In this document: positions 14,601 through 28,700 of the stretch, piece by piece | Layout of the letters: each line of letters begins with the position of its first letter | Position numbering within the stretch: position 1 is the first letter of the stretch | Assembly: GCF_000150275.1 (NCBI RefSeq) | Contig: NW_002060948.1 | Coordinates: 4,882,336 to 4,946,335 of the forward strand | Source of the DNA: Trichoplax adhaerens | Taxonomy: Eukaryota > Animalia > Placozoa | Direction: 5' to 3' | DNA: 64,000 bases | Made by a program: the position numbers and the translations under genes | Notes under the pieces: model-generated | Databases searched by the model: none | What the model saw: only the letters and a program-made list of their open reading frames with translations | Told to the model about the DNA's origin: nothing

Positions 14601-17185
14601 AATAGCAATTGCATACGAATGGATAAAACAACCTAATGGGAAGTAAAGGGGGGGGGGAAATAATCATGGTTCAAAAAGCGTTTAAAACTACGATCTCAAG
14701 TGTTCTACATTGCACACGGACTCTAATTTTAACCCATTTGCAATCATCTACGGTAGGACAGACCAATCTGTTAATTAATTCAATTTAATTCAACTACCCC
14801 ATAACATCCTAGACTGTAGTATCCTGAACGTTACCAAGGCTGTATTTACTCATGTAAAGTAAAGGGAGTCCAATGGTAATTTGCTTTATCCTTGCACAAT
14901 CAAAACTGATTGCGTTCGGTTTAGTCATTGTAGTTAATTTGGGTTAAGGCCGCACTCATAGTTATGCGGTAGTGCACATAATTATCCGTGCGTCGTAAAG
15001 TAAACCTTTACAGTGGTACGTCTGGTAAACAATAACTGACGATCTATTGCATAGTAGGTAACTTGAAATTCCCGATTTTAAAGAAAAAGCATGACAAAAA
15101 ATTACAAAATCAAGTCAACTGTGAATATAGGCTATTGCAGAAAGAGAAAAAATATTTTTTGCATTTATCAAATTATCAATTATCGTCCAGTTATCAGCTT
15201 CATAATATGCTAAGACAATCGGAAGCAGTACTAGAGAAAAGATGCCATATCATAAAGGCAGCGAATTTATTACTGCAATGTGTAAGTCTTAATATAAAAA
15301 AGTCTAGGCTTAAATGCCAAATTAATCCATTCGTGTTGAATAAATGTGCGCCTCTTCATATTAAGACTTTTAAAACTGTAAATACTGCCAGTCGTACTTT
15401 TTTAGTTCATTTCATCTAAGATCACGTAGCCAACCAATATGGCCATTATTTCCGTTGTTAACATTACCAAAACTAAATTCCTATGCAATATTATGTTAGT
15501 ATGAAGATCGAGATCAACGTTCGATTACGTCCATACTCATAAGACTATATACTGTAGGCCGTTTTATCCTCCCAAAATTCAATTCTTTCTTGCTCTATAA
15601 TCATCTAAGTACGAAAGCGTACCAACACACTATGCGATTGATAATTCTAAAATATTGCATACGTGTGACTACACAAGCGCAATTTTATCATCATGTACAG
15701 TTGAAAATGTCGTGAATCCGACGATATTGATTTGGTATACTGTAAGTACCTTAAAGTGAGAATTTAATCCTTTGATACATCGTACAAAATTATTGTTACA
15801 AATAATGTGCACTGCAGTACATTGAGTAAGTTAACTGATATCAACTCTATAGATATCATGATTACTAATCCATTATGGTACACGGCATTGCACAAATGTA
15901 GAATGGACGAAGAATGAAATGCAGAAATTCGTAGTTGACAGGACAGTACAGTAATATGTACGTCGGGGCAAGTCTTTTACCAATCGATAGGTAAAATTCA
16001 AAACTTTACAGTTAAATAGACAGCAGTACGTTGAGAAAGTCTCTTTTTCAACAGATGTGAAAACAAAGTACCGTAGAGTAGATCGACTAAAGGTATTAAT
16101 TACACATAATTGCTACCACTAGCAAGCACTTCCAATACGGCCACAAGCTGTGATCTCATTCTATCCAAATCCAGATTGTTAAGATTCTCACTGCGATCGT
16201 TTATTAACGACAGACGTATCTTAGCCGTTCCATCCTGCTGTTTACTAGTCAATAATAATTGCCTACGATAGTCCGATCACCAAGTGTAAAAAATACATTA
16301 ATGTAAATGACTATCATTGAAGTCAGGATAGTAGACTAGATACTAGACTTTCTATCATCAATTTTTCTACCCTGTAACGTCAGGATAATTCAATTGAATG
16401 AGAAAAGATGATAAGAGGTGAAAAAAAAAAATAATTTACAGCGGATAATTATCCAAAATACTCAAAAGTGCAATCAATCTTGTACTACCGGCAAGGAAAA
16501 GTAGGCTAGAAGTCAGTGGAAGGAAGGTTTTTGACGACAAGCAAGGAGATAAAACAAGATTATTCAGAATGAAATCTTGTTGACGTAATACAATTGAAAG
16601 ATTGATCACAGATACTTGATTGACTTTCTACCCGCAGAAATTATACGCATACTTTCAATCAGAAATTGATTGATACAAATATGGACAAAAAAAAAGAAAA
16701 TTAAGTAAAGAAATGAAATTGATCGTAAGATTGGTGAATGGCAAAAATAGGGGGAAAAAAAAAAGATTATTAATAGTTCATTACTCTTTGAAGGGGAAGT
16801 CACGATGAAAAGAGATTAGCAAACACTTTTTTTGCTTACCTCCCGGTTTGTAATAAACGTCGTCATCAGAAGTATAGGTTAAAGAATTAACTTTGGCATT
16901 ACTATTCTTTTTGGATGGACGATCTTCTCCTTTCCTTTCCGTTAATTTTCTCTCATTCCTAAAATGGGATTGAACATGATCGACGTCTTCGCCCCTATCT
17001 TCCCTACGGCAAGCTAGTTTGCCATTACTTGCGCTCGGTTTGTTAATACGAAAACCATTGATAGCATGATTGGATTTGCAGGTATTTTCTTGAATAGTAT
17101 TCTCGGCGGTCTTGACTATACATGTCGTCTCGTTAACAATTCCATTCACAGGCGAAGAAGGCTCTTGCTTCATAGCATCAGCCAT
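5661..17185 (-). CDS. RERE: RERE / atrophin-2-like transcriptional co-repressor (BAH, ELM2, SANT, GATA zinc finger, short atrophin region), about 1010 aa, 16 coding exons
   Basis: Hand-assembled phase-consistent GT-AG exons, in transcription order: 17185-16840, 10717-10647, 9630-9425, 9336-9232, 9139-9091, 8967-8899, 8817-8762, 8685-8625, 8520-8482, 8389-8291, 8177-8097, 7948-7807, 7691-7417, 7318-7007, 6921-6592, 6452-5661 (3033 nt in total). RERE-family motifs: BAH '[26 protein letters not shown]...WYYRSSEVPHSVY...RELF...ALRGKC...FFYIYGYNPETRRL'; ELM2 start 'QGEIRIGPSHQVALPEL'; SANT '[28 protein letters not shown]...LIEFYYHWKKT'; GATA finger 'CRHCYSTTSRSWHH...LLCDDCRIYFKKYGE'; atrophin motif 'SARFVKRLH...SARTDLSFTPL'. 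Confidence 0.93.
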
Positions 17186-17296
17186 TACGCTACAAAGGTT
17201 TGTAACCTAGTTAATCATGAATTGAATCCAGATTTAGTGAAGTCTTGCAAGTAGAAAGTTTTGTATCGCAATCGCGATCTCAACGATTACTTAGCT

Positions 17297-17298
<2 letters not shown>

Positions 17299-17328
<30 letters not shown>

Positions 17329-17330
17329 AT
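17299..17330. repeat. (AAT)n microsatellite just upstream of the RERE ATG
   Basis: taataataataataataataataataacaat. Confidence 0.8.
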
Positions 17331-19332
17331 AGGTAATATCAAGGTAAGAGAGAAAATGTCCAGGATACCGAAAATCGTTGGATCAAGTGGAGCAATGTTG
17401 TACTCTATCCTACTGTCCTATACCGTACTGTACCTGACTGGAATCTCGATAACTGCCAAACAAACAATCAGCTATTTCAAATGATGAAATGTTCTTTTCC
17501 AATAACTCCACTATTACTATCTACTGTCTATCTTTCACTGCTAGTGTTCTCTCTCCAACTCTTTTCTCCTTCAACAATGACCAACTGTATATATTCTCAT
17601 ACCGTTGTTTTTCCCTCTTGCCCCCCGTTTCAAAAAAAAATAAAATAATATAATAAAATTAGGAGCTACTTTTTCTTGGCTTGACTTGATTCTTATTAAA
17701 CAAAACTGAACTCAATCCCGATAACACCGCTGCTCGATCAGACAATCAAATTCTAATTAATACTGTGTCAGTTGTTTACTAACAGTGAAAGTCGCGAAAG
17801 CAAAACTGCAATCATTGCCGATCGACATCGATGCATAACGATCAAGGCAATACCGCTTGATCCTATCATCATCAAGTCGGTATACTAGGTACATCGATGT
17901 CTATCGGTATCCAAATTCGTAGAATGGATAAAAAAAAAATAATGATGCTGATGATAGTCTAAAAATGATACAGTACTTTCATGTTATCGTCCTGTAGAGC
18001 AGTTGGATCGTCTCTAGTATTTGTACTGTTTACCTATTTATTGTCGACTTGAAATTGAATTTGGAACTTTGATTTCTTTTTTTATTTTTTCTTTCTGAAT
18101 AGTGATCGCAGTAGGCTACTACAATTTTACAGTAGAATCCAAGAGAGATAAACGATCAAGTTGAATGGCAAATTGGTTAGCAAAGTGATTCTGTATCCAC
18201 TCAATGCAATGTTGTCTACGGCGTCAACCTAGGATAATTTGATGAGATTGAGACAACATTGAATACGTTAAGCAAATAGTAAAAGCAAACGATAAAATGG
18301 ACAAAACGATTGAGATCAACAGAGGAAGAATAAATGCCCTAATACAATATATGATGAATAGAATGGTATTCAAAGTCAAGAAAATAGGCATCGATGGTCA
18401 ATGAATATACGATTAGTATTGTATTACCTATGAAAATGGGTCTACAAAGTGACAGTAAAAAGTTGAAAAATAGAAAATGTTGTCGTCTACAATACGTTGA
18501 TTTCATTCTCACGCTTTGCAACTCGTTGACTAGTGAGATTATCACTTTGTCTTACTGAGTGATATTTTCATCTTGGCAAGACACGATCTGCTACAATCTC
18601 CTACTTTAATCAGTCGTCTTCTACTATATATAAATTGTCCAGTGGGCAAGATAATCAACTCAAGCAGTGAATCAAAATAACAATCATAACCGGATCATGA
18701 TTGGCAACAGTAACATCATGTTCAAATCAGCGTCTATTCAACTGACTGGCTAAAAACGACTCTTCAATAAGCTTGCAACACTTGACGGCAATAACATGTA
18801 CAATTTTTTTTTTTCACCTCTTTCTCTCACTCATCCTTTTCATTTTTTCAACTCCATTGCTATGTTGTACTCAAATAACATTAGTACGATTGAAAGAATG
18901 CATTGAAAATTCATTGATGCAAGTCCAGTGGAAAAGGCAACTTGTCTTTGAAACAAGTCAAGATAGGGATACCAAAATTTCAAAAAAAAATACCAATCAA
19001 AGGGCTAAAAATGATAACACGACAACACGTAGTAAAGAGAGAAGAGAAAGAGGAAAAACACCATTGAAAAATCCACTGCAATTACACTGTGAAAAAACGA
19101 AAAAATGGCGAGAGAAAAGTCTTTGGGAACTTACACTGTCCAAAGAAATTAATGACACACAATCTTGATCCAGTGTGTCATCAAAGCGATCGAACAGGAG
19201 GACAGTGTACTGTATGGGAGAATAGCAGCAATTGTGACAGTAGAGTACTTACAGTATCAAGTCGTCATGTTTCCAGTATGCAGTTGGAGATAAACTGGAC
19301 GATACAGCTTTTCGACTCGTCTTGATCGACTG

Positions 19333-19680
19333 ACCAGTACAGTACACTATGGTACTGTACCGAAATGGAGGTAATGACTGATTTCAGTCTCGTTCCACGT
19401 CTCTTTCAATCTGACTCTACTGTTGTTTGACTGTTGGTGTGCGTGACCCTGCTCAAGTGCACGGCTGCGTAGGATACGTTGACCTATTTATATCCGTGGT
19501 ACGATGGATACTGTACAGTGTACAGTACGTGACGACTGCTGTACTGTACTGTACACTGTAGAGTGGAGACTCTACGGTGTGTGAATTTCAACATAAAATG
19601 TTGACTTTTGTATGTAAATAAACACGCTTTTCAATCTGGTATAGTACAGCCCAGTACAGCACAGTACTGTACAGTACCAT
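19333..19680. repeat. (GTACA)/(GTACT) pentamer arrays upstream of RERE
   Basis: Runs at about 19333-19360, 19508-19560 and 19643-19677, with smaller ones at 20454-20470 and 21689-21723. Confidence 0.75.
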
Positions 19681-19745
19681 CTCTTCCAATCCGGCTGTTC
19701 TCAAATGACTGTGGGAAACGTCACGTGAACTGAACTGCGCAAGTG
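19440..19745 (-). promoter_or_regulatory. Candidate RERE promoter region
   Basis: Locally GC/CpG-richer sequence about 2.3 kb upstream of the RERE ATG. It has a minus-strand TATAAATA at 19485-19492, CCAAT at about 19686 and overlapping ACGTCA/CACGTG at about 19718-19727. A minus-strand donor-like gtaagt near 19250 suggests a non-coding first exon. Motif inference only. Confidence 0.3.
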
Positions 19746-22700
19746 CACATTCCATTCATCATGACATTTGAAAACATTGGAAACATTTAAAAGGACAGAA
19801 ACGTTGGCGATGTGGTGGAAAGAACAAATATGCAAAATGACGAAAAATTCACTCAATCTGTACTACAAATGAGTCAAATAGATAAAATATCCCTTATAAT
19901 CGTTGCCCTTTTAATCAACACGTCTCCATAACTTTTCAAGGCAATCAGATAGAAATAGGGACTGAAAGTGATCATCCATTAGTGCTGTGTGTACACTAGA
20001 CTTCCTAGAAACTTTCTAGCCATTCTGCTTCATTATTGGCTAACCAATTGTGTAGCGAATGCTGTGATGGTTATGATTGTTTTCCTTTGTCACTTTAACA
20101 AGTTAGTAGTGCGACCCTCATTCATCGACAATCAAGACAAAGAGATTAAAACAATAGCTTCCACGCTAAATATAAATCTCAATAATAATAATTCCATGCT
20201 TGACAAACTTGAACAACTTGTTGACCAATTGCAGTCAATGGCGATACAGTAGACAACAATAATCTGGATGTAAGAAGATTGGACAACGTTACATCTCTTC
20301 TCAGTTGCACGTGTCAAAATCAGTTAGTAAGCGGAAATTTGTACCGTAATTGGCGGCCCCAGTGGGCCTAAGAAGCATACGCTAGTCACTCAGTGGTACA
20401 CAGCCTTTTGTATGCTATGGTATAGCTTGCATCGTCGTCTAGCCTACAGTATGTAGTACAGTACAGTACACCGGCGATCAACTTGGCCTTCTACTGCAAT
20501 GGAGGCCAAATTGGCCCCCATTGTTGAAGATTCATCAAGGACAAAGTTAAAATTCTGATGGCTTGCAAACCCTAGTTGAAGTCGGATGAATTCCTTAATG
20601 CGTGATCATGCAGTAGTATCATTCAATTTCCACACTTTCAATAGTGCAATGATGGATCTCGATAGTGGATCAAGACAATTTAGACATCAATTAGAACTCA
20701 TACCAGGGGTATCAGCCTACTGATAATAAAAAAAATTCAACACTGATATGATATCAAATACCATCGCTACAACAATGAACTTCCTTCATCCAATTAGCCT
20801 ATACAGACTACTCGATTAGCAACTGGGACTTGGAATCAAAAGAACACAAAATCCAGTTTACTCCATTTACATCTTGGATTAATGGATCGTTTTGTTCCAA
20901 TAATGATAGTATCGAGAAATCAATCATCGCATTTTGCAAATGAGCGATGACACTAAATCACTCTTAAATGGAGATATTCATGCTAATGATGTTTTTATAG
21001 AAAGAGTAATGACGTCGCAAACGCATATTTGGTAACAAATTCGCTTTATACGTAGACAGTTCTATCGATAAATAGGATAACATCATGGGTAATGTTAACT
21101 TGTCATTACTGGTTAAACAATGAGTGATGAACAAGTAAGTAATCAGTGAGAACCGATTCCATGGGTCGACTCGATACTTGCACAGGAGGCCGATTTCACA
21201 AGACGCAATGTTAAAAAAGCTATGCTTAGAAAAATTCCATATCATGCGATAGGACACCGTAGTTAATCCCGCTGAGTTTCATAAACATTTAGAAACGGGA
21301 TGAATTAAGTTGGAAACATGGCATGATATAGAATTGTCTAAGCATGACATTTATTAACTTTGTGCTTCTGGTCCGATCCACTGACCTTCAGTATTGTGCA
21401 ATGTACTGTACCAGCAAAGGGTACAATATATGCTAACAGAAAATGTCGAAACTCAATTCAGTCATCATTTACAACTAGGTAGCTTTTGAACGGCATACCA
21501 AATTTCAATTGATCGATACAATACTAATTTCTGAATTTTCCCAAATAGTAAGAACGGGTAGACTGGCTCGAAAACTAACATCAATATTAATTATTCCCTA
21601 AATTTAGAATTGGATCGATAAGAACATTAACTACCTTATCTTGAATAGAGAGTAAACCTAGTGTTAGCTTTGCAGTTATATCTCATATTGTACAATGTAC
21701 AGTATACTATACAGTACTGTACACATAGTCCATAGATACTCATACAATCTTAAAATCCAACATACCAGAGGAAATCCCCATGACAGTATAACTATAAAAT
21801 GTTGATTTTCCCCCTTTTTATTAGTTTCATCTTATTGCCTATATCAAAAATGGCTATCCCAGTCCCTAGTGACCTCCACTACTGTACTATGCCAGGAGTA
21901 AAGTAGTAAAGATATCTTGTAATACACAATTTGCTCCTAATAACACCCTGTCAAACAAAACGTTCTAAAAATTATCGGCGACAGTATTGGCCGGAACATA
22001 TATGCAAACATCCAGCACTCTTGTTATACTGTAGAACATATTGCAGTTAAATTAATCACTTTGAACAGTAGCACTAAAATACTTTAGCTATTTCGATGAG
22101 AACGTGGAGTACTGATTATGTTATTCTTGTTAGGTCCCGTATGAATATCGAAAATGACCTGGTCATTTCACTACAACATGGTTATTCCAATTAAAATTAA
22201 AAATTAAAAAAAAAGATAAGAATGGCGTTTACTCTACTTTTGAAACATGTAACTGTTCGCCTTATGTGTGAGTAATTAGGATGCGCTGGAACATGCCGTG
22301 GACTAATAATGGATTAAGTAGAAAGTATGTCATCCATACCTAATACTGTACTGTATATACGAGTATATAATATCCCGCGTGAGCAGTAACTATAGCGTTA
22401 GTGTAAATAGAGATTAATGTACAATCAATACATTAGATATTTTAATAAATACTATGCCCCCTCTTTCGGCTAGATAGAATTAACAAACAGTTCAATAAAA
22501 GTTTTGTCCATTACCCCACCTAGTGTAAATTTGTTTGTCAATGTCAATAAACTGCAACAATGATGTAATAGGATAATATGTGGAAATGATCATCTCTTGG
22601 AGTAAGAATAAAACTACAGCAGCACGCCTGTACACTATACTTGCTCGACCAGTAATGTACTGTATCCGTCGAATTCTTCCTCGTGTTACTCTACTATTGG

Positions 22701-25700
22701 AATACCTCTCCAAGTTGCCATACGTATATTAACAATAACTCACTAAAATTTCAATAGTCGCGTTGGACTCAAATAATAATTAATTACGGCGCTAGAAGTC
22801 AATGCTTGTCTTTGAAGATGATATTTGCACTGGACAAGATTACTTTAAAAAAAAAATCATATACATACTGTAAGTAGACGCAGAGTCAAGCGGACTAGAA
22901 AGCATGAATAACTCAATGGATCAACTCCAAGTGATCTACATAGTTTAAAATCATTGATGGATTTATGATTAATTAATTTAATACCAGATTATATAACACA
23001 TATCCATGAACTACAGTATTGCCTTTTATAGATGGCTTAGCTCTATAAAGGCATACCGGGCTAATAAACGAATTCTCTTCAATGAAAAAACCAAAGCATA
23101 TCGTTCATGCTACAGAAGTAAAATAAACTCGACTTACAAAAGATATTTTGGATATAGAATGACCAATGCGGCTGAATGGCTAATAATAATAACAATGTAA
23201 TTAGACCATGAAGCAAGAAAGTCAATTCTTATCTCTACTGGCAATTTACTCTATCAGGGTGTAGTAACGGGTGCTGCTTAAGCATTCAATCAATGTCTCA
23301 TGAGTTCTTTTTTTTTCAGTCGACAACCATTTCATTAAATGTCTACTGATATTGATTATTCTTGATTTCTTGACTGAAGTTGACCATTAAAATATCAATC
23401 ATTAAGAGTGATGCTAACGCAGTGAATAAATATCTTTCAGTAATATAGCTCTCTCTAATCCTCGATCTAATTTAAGGAATGCCACCAGCTGGTCTTATCG
23501 AAGCAAAGGGGAAGTTTATTGCCTCAAAATCAACTTTTTAATCCCATAGGAACCCTTAATATCGCAGACTGTGTACAACATATACCGTACAGTAGGTCGT
23601 CGCATATTGGAGAAGGGCAATTCAATCTTACGATACTGTCAGAACTAAATACAGGCATATTTTAATTTCGGGTATCTGATTTATTAACAAGATTAAGCTT
23701 GTATTAACACTCTTCAATACACAAAAACTAGATCTTATAGCTTCCATTCATCCTCTCTATTACATTATTACTCATTCGTAGCTGCAAAATATACCGTCAA
23801 TGTTTATAAGCGTTCACGCACGATTTTCTGAAATCTTGCAGTACTACTAGCGCTTACAACATCGTACTCGTATAATAGGACATACTCTTAACTAAAAAAT
23901 AATTGGTGATCAAAAGTGGTAAATTTGCATACAATATGTGATATTATCGTTGATGATGAGCACTATTACGAGACGACAGCAGTTAATCTTTTCACTTTAG
24001 CCATGATGATTATTTCAACTGATAGAACTAACTGTGACATATTTAATAATTCACGGTAAACGTATAGGTACATATTTGTAAATATAAAGAGAACTCTTAG
24101 CACTAGCTCTAACAAAATTCATTACTTTGGTGACGACAAACCGATCCTAAAGATGTAAATAGATACTATATAAATTATTTATCCAGTATGCAAGCATAAC
24201 TTAGAGAATAAACTGCCGATCCACCATTAGGGCGATATAAAATTTTTCCATACTATTTACTGTTTTATAGTGTATAGAGAAACCGCTGAATCAGGCAAAA
24301 TCAACTAAAAAATGAATAATTCAATGATATTCAAAGGTGTTTAAAAAAGGAATGATCCAAATATGTTCAATTGTATCAGACTATGGTCTATTGTATGTAT
24401 GTACATCAACAAAGTTAGGCAATAACCTACTTAGACGGCTGTTCATATCAGTCGGACTTTACAATTAACTTTTTTTGTGGATTATGATTTATAAAATGAT
24501 ATACATTTCATTTCTGTTGAGATTCTATCCCTTCAATAAAATGCCTTAATCTTGCCATGTCATGAGTGTAAAATATTTTGGGTTTCATTTACCGTTTAGC
24601 ACGAATTCGGACTGGAACAGTTTTCTTCTTTATCAACTGCAAAAATGGATGGCATACTAATATTGTAAGGGTTCTTAAAATTGAATCTGCCTAGCTTAAT
24701 TAAGATCGAATCGCTCTACTTCGTCGATAGAGAAAAGAGTTTAGTCTCTATTTCGGACACTTTGTTCTATTTGTATCTCTACAAAGATGATAGTGTATGC
24801 TACGACTTTACATCATATTTACTGTAGTCTATTGCGCCGAATGATGGATTAATATCATTATTGGCTGATTATGCTGTACATTATTCTTTAAAGGACAGAT
24901 AAAATAGTAATCCAATTTCTTTCTTTCATTTATTATCACAAAAGGTAATTGATGGAATGAAAAGATATCATCAGTGCCCGAATTGATCTACGAAAGGGTG
25001 TCTTTGCCTGTCAGTTTTTCCACAAGACAGACGCGAAAACACAGACATGTTTACGTTCTACATCCTCATAGCATGCACAGTCTGTCAGCGATTATTTAAA
25101 CTACCACCTACAGTTTTAATTCTTTAATAACATCTTGGGAATACTATTTTGTTTTAATACTCACTACTTTAAAACATTTGCTTTATTTGTCTAATTGATT
25201 TAAATAGAACGACATTAACTAGTACCTTTTTTCCTACCATATTTACTACATCGACCTAATAGCTCGGCCTTTTTCCTACGTATTAGCTAAGTATCTCTTA
25301 TAATTATTCTAACCAAGGGCGAAAGTCTCCATACCTTCGTCCTATTCGATTCAGTTAGCGAAAGCTCTTTACTGAATAATAATAGATGAGTAATCGTCTA
25401 TAGTGTTGACTTTACAATGAATTACTCCCAAAAAAAAGTCACCAGTTCCCTACTTAAGTAGAATCTATCCCACCTACGAGGTGGGATAAATTCATCATAG
25501 GTGGCGTATGTTGTTACTACATAGTGATTACCTGCACCTTATAGATATACAATGCGATATATTCCAAACGCATGCCGAATAATAAATTCTAAAAAACTGT
25601 CTTCTATCTTATATTATACCCTATCAAGAATCGAACTTGATAGACAATAGCTTATACTATAGTGTGTATAAATCAGTAATTAATCAGCAATTATATCATT

Positions 25701-28700
25701 TGTGTAATCCATACACGTTGTATTATCAAGTGGATAATTTCGCTGGCATAAAATTCAAAGCCAATATGGTCTTGATTACCAAAATATGCTTCAATCGTTA
25801 AGCAGAATTTGAAGATTTAGTCACCCTCTTGTATCATAATGTTGTAGCCTAAAGCTATATCTACAGTGAGAATTATCGTAGTTATTTCACAAATATGAGT
25901 TTGGAGTGGAATACTTTCCCCAAAAGTAGAAGAAATTGTATTTAGAGTAATCTCAAGCCTTAGGGTTAAATAAAGTAAGAATTATATCAAGTTATCAAAC
26001 TTAAAGATAAAGTGTCATTATTACCATATCCTGCAAGTTTATCCCGTAATCCTAAGTGTATAAGGTATCGTTACAATCCTGGACATGTTGTGGTAAAATC
26101 TCAAATGTTAACTACTACGAAATCGTCGAGTCTTCGATTTTAGAGTAAATAAAGAGAAAAAATTGCGAGATGATTATGCCCAGTTTCAAAGAAAAAAAAA
26201 TTATATTTTAAACTAGTTAATAGAGGTACATTCAGTGACGTTACGTTGCATTTGTGGTATTTGCATGCTAGAAAATCATAGAATTTCAAAAGAATATTTG
26301 GAGACACGGTAAAGTACCATAATAATATGTACCCTCCATTTATATTGTTACATCAAGTTATCAAATTGTAAATTAAAGGTGATCTATTACTTTCAATTAT
26401 TATTACATTTTCATCACCGATGATAGGGTAAATGTGAAAAGGAAGAATGGATGAAAGTTAATCTTTTTGATCCTTATATCGCGTGATTGATGATTTAGTT
26501 GTTAAAAGAAATTGACTAGGGTCAGTTCAATCCACTAAGTTAGAGTACCGTACTCAACATTAACACAAAAAAAATAATAAAAAGACCAAGATTAAGCATC
26601 TTTAGTAACCTATATTGTTACTGGAAAAGTAGTCGTTGAATGCGTGGATTGCAATTAAATAGGATAACCGTGCATCTAATTAATAGAGAACACAGGCTAT
26701 TGATTATTATATAGTGTCATTGTGACGCTAATCCAAGAGAGAAAATTAATGAATTTTACAGTTAAATAATAGAATGCTCATAATGTCTCTGCCTCAACAA
26801 TAGGTAGGACTCCTGTCATAGTTGCACTCTATAATTTCGATCACGACATCGGAGACCGTTGATTTGTTGTGTAACAAATCATTTAAAACGCCTGACAGTA
26901 AAGCGCTATCACGTAACAAATGGTAAAGAATTTCGCCAATATGATGTCTCAAAGTCAGTACTATGCATGTCTATGCTAATTAACGATCATCTTGATACCC
27001 ACTATTAATTTAAAGATACACAAAGTAATACGACTAGCATTAAATTATTTGAATAGAATCGTGCTTTCAATTGCTAAACTGTCTAAATATCGATCCAATA
27101 ATATCTTATTGTCAATTCATCATCCACCTCTACCTATGATAGTTTAGCATTGGCATGGCAGCAGTAACTATTTAAAGACAGAGGACGTAATAAAATTAGA
27201 ATTCAAAAGTGCGAATCAAATAGTGCTTCCAATTATTGGATTGTTTGAATATCGATCAAATGATGCTTTATTGTTGGTTAGTGATCCATATATGTCCCTA
27301 CATCAATTGATTATGTTGAAGCTGTTCGTGTACATATATATATATCGATTTGCGTTAAGATAAGTTGTGTGGCTATTAGTATAATAGCGATAGCCTATAT
27401 CCAAGAAGTTAAACGGTCACTCATTTTTTGGCTAAGAATAACTAATTATTATTTTGATAAAACGATGTATTCAATGATATTCAAGGCAATAAGAAGACTA
27501 TTATTGTGTTAAATATTTGATGGATACATCAAATTGTTATAATGTTTGAATATTGATCCAATGGTATCTTAATAGTTAGCGGTATACGTATCTTCACTGG
27601 TTATTATCTCACTAAAATTACTTTATCATAAAGGTATCGAGTCAACTAATACTCTAGTATTTGGTAGCACATCCAGTATGATATACCATACATAAACAAT
27701 AAAGTTTCATCAAATGAGGTTTTTCTAGTTTGTTAGTGATAACCATCTTACGGAAATCATAACTCAACAAGACGCATGAAAGGAAAATAACAAGTCTTCA
27801 ATATTTAACGGGATATATCAAATCTTTCAATTGATTCGATGTCGACAAAAAAGATGCCTTCTGGCCACAGTAGCAACTACGTTGATCACCTTTGAGGGAT
27901 TATGTAATCGATAAGATATAAAATCTTCAATTACCGGTAGTTGAGTGTCCGAAAAAATAAGATCTCATTGCCTTAGTAAAAGAAATCTATATCCATTATA
28001 CGTAGATATTTTAATGGTAATAACTCATCACTAATCCACGTTATGGGAGATCATCTTAACATGATAATTGAATAGATGAACTAGCGCAATGCGGCCAGAT
28101 TTGCTAGTAATAAATAGATCAAATTGCTGAACTGGTTATTCAACTTTACTCTAATAACTGATAATCATGATGACTTTTATGGATTGAAAAATTTTCTAGC
28201 CTAACCAGTGATAAAAATTCGATGGAATACGTTTGAATTTTAAACTACAACTATTTTGAATTTTTTCAGGCTTATCCGCACAATATCTTGTTCAAACACG
28301 CAATGATTACGATCATTTTTTTAACCTCATATGAAAGTAATCATTATTTCGTATAAGAAATAAAGTTGTAAAGCAGTTTACTACTCACTTCTTCCGTATA
28401 ATATTAACTATTCACGTAGTAGTCATGACTCAAACATTAAAATCACATTTTACTATCAGATATTAGTTTTATATTCTATTGAATTGAATATAGGATGTTG
28501 TGATAACGCTAAAACAGAAATAATATTCTATTCTGAGGGAATAATTACTCCCTCTCTCTCTCTACTATGTATGTAATATTGATTCAAAAGTTATGATCGA
28601 ATAAAAAAAACGAATTCCTACCATAAAGGTGAGGATAACTCGACACATAAAATATTAAAAATTGCTATTGTCAATAATGATGATTACAAGTAGAACACTA

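Noticed and set aside
19989-20252. ORF with a coiled-coil-looking end (MLDKLEQLVDQLQSMAIQ)
   Set aside because: Non-ATG start, no recognisable domain and no convincing partner exons.
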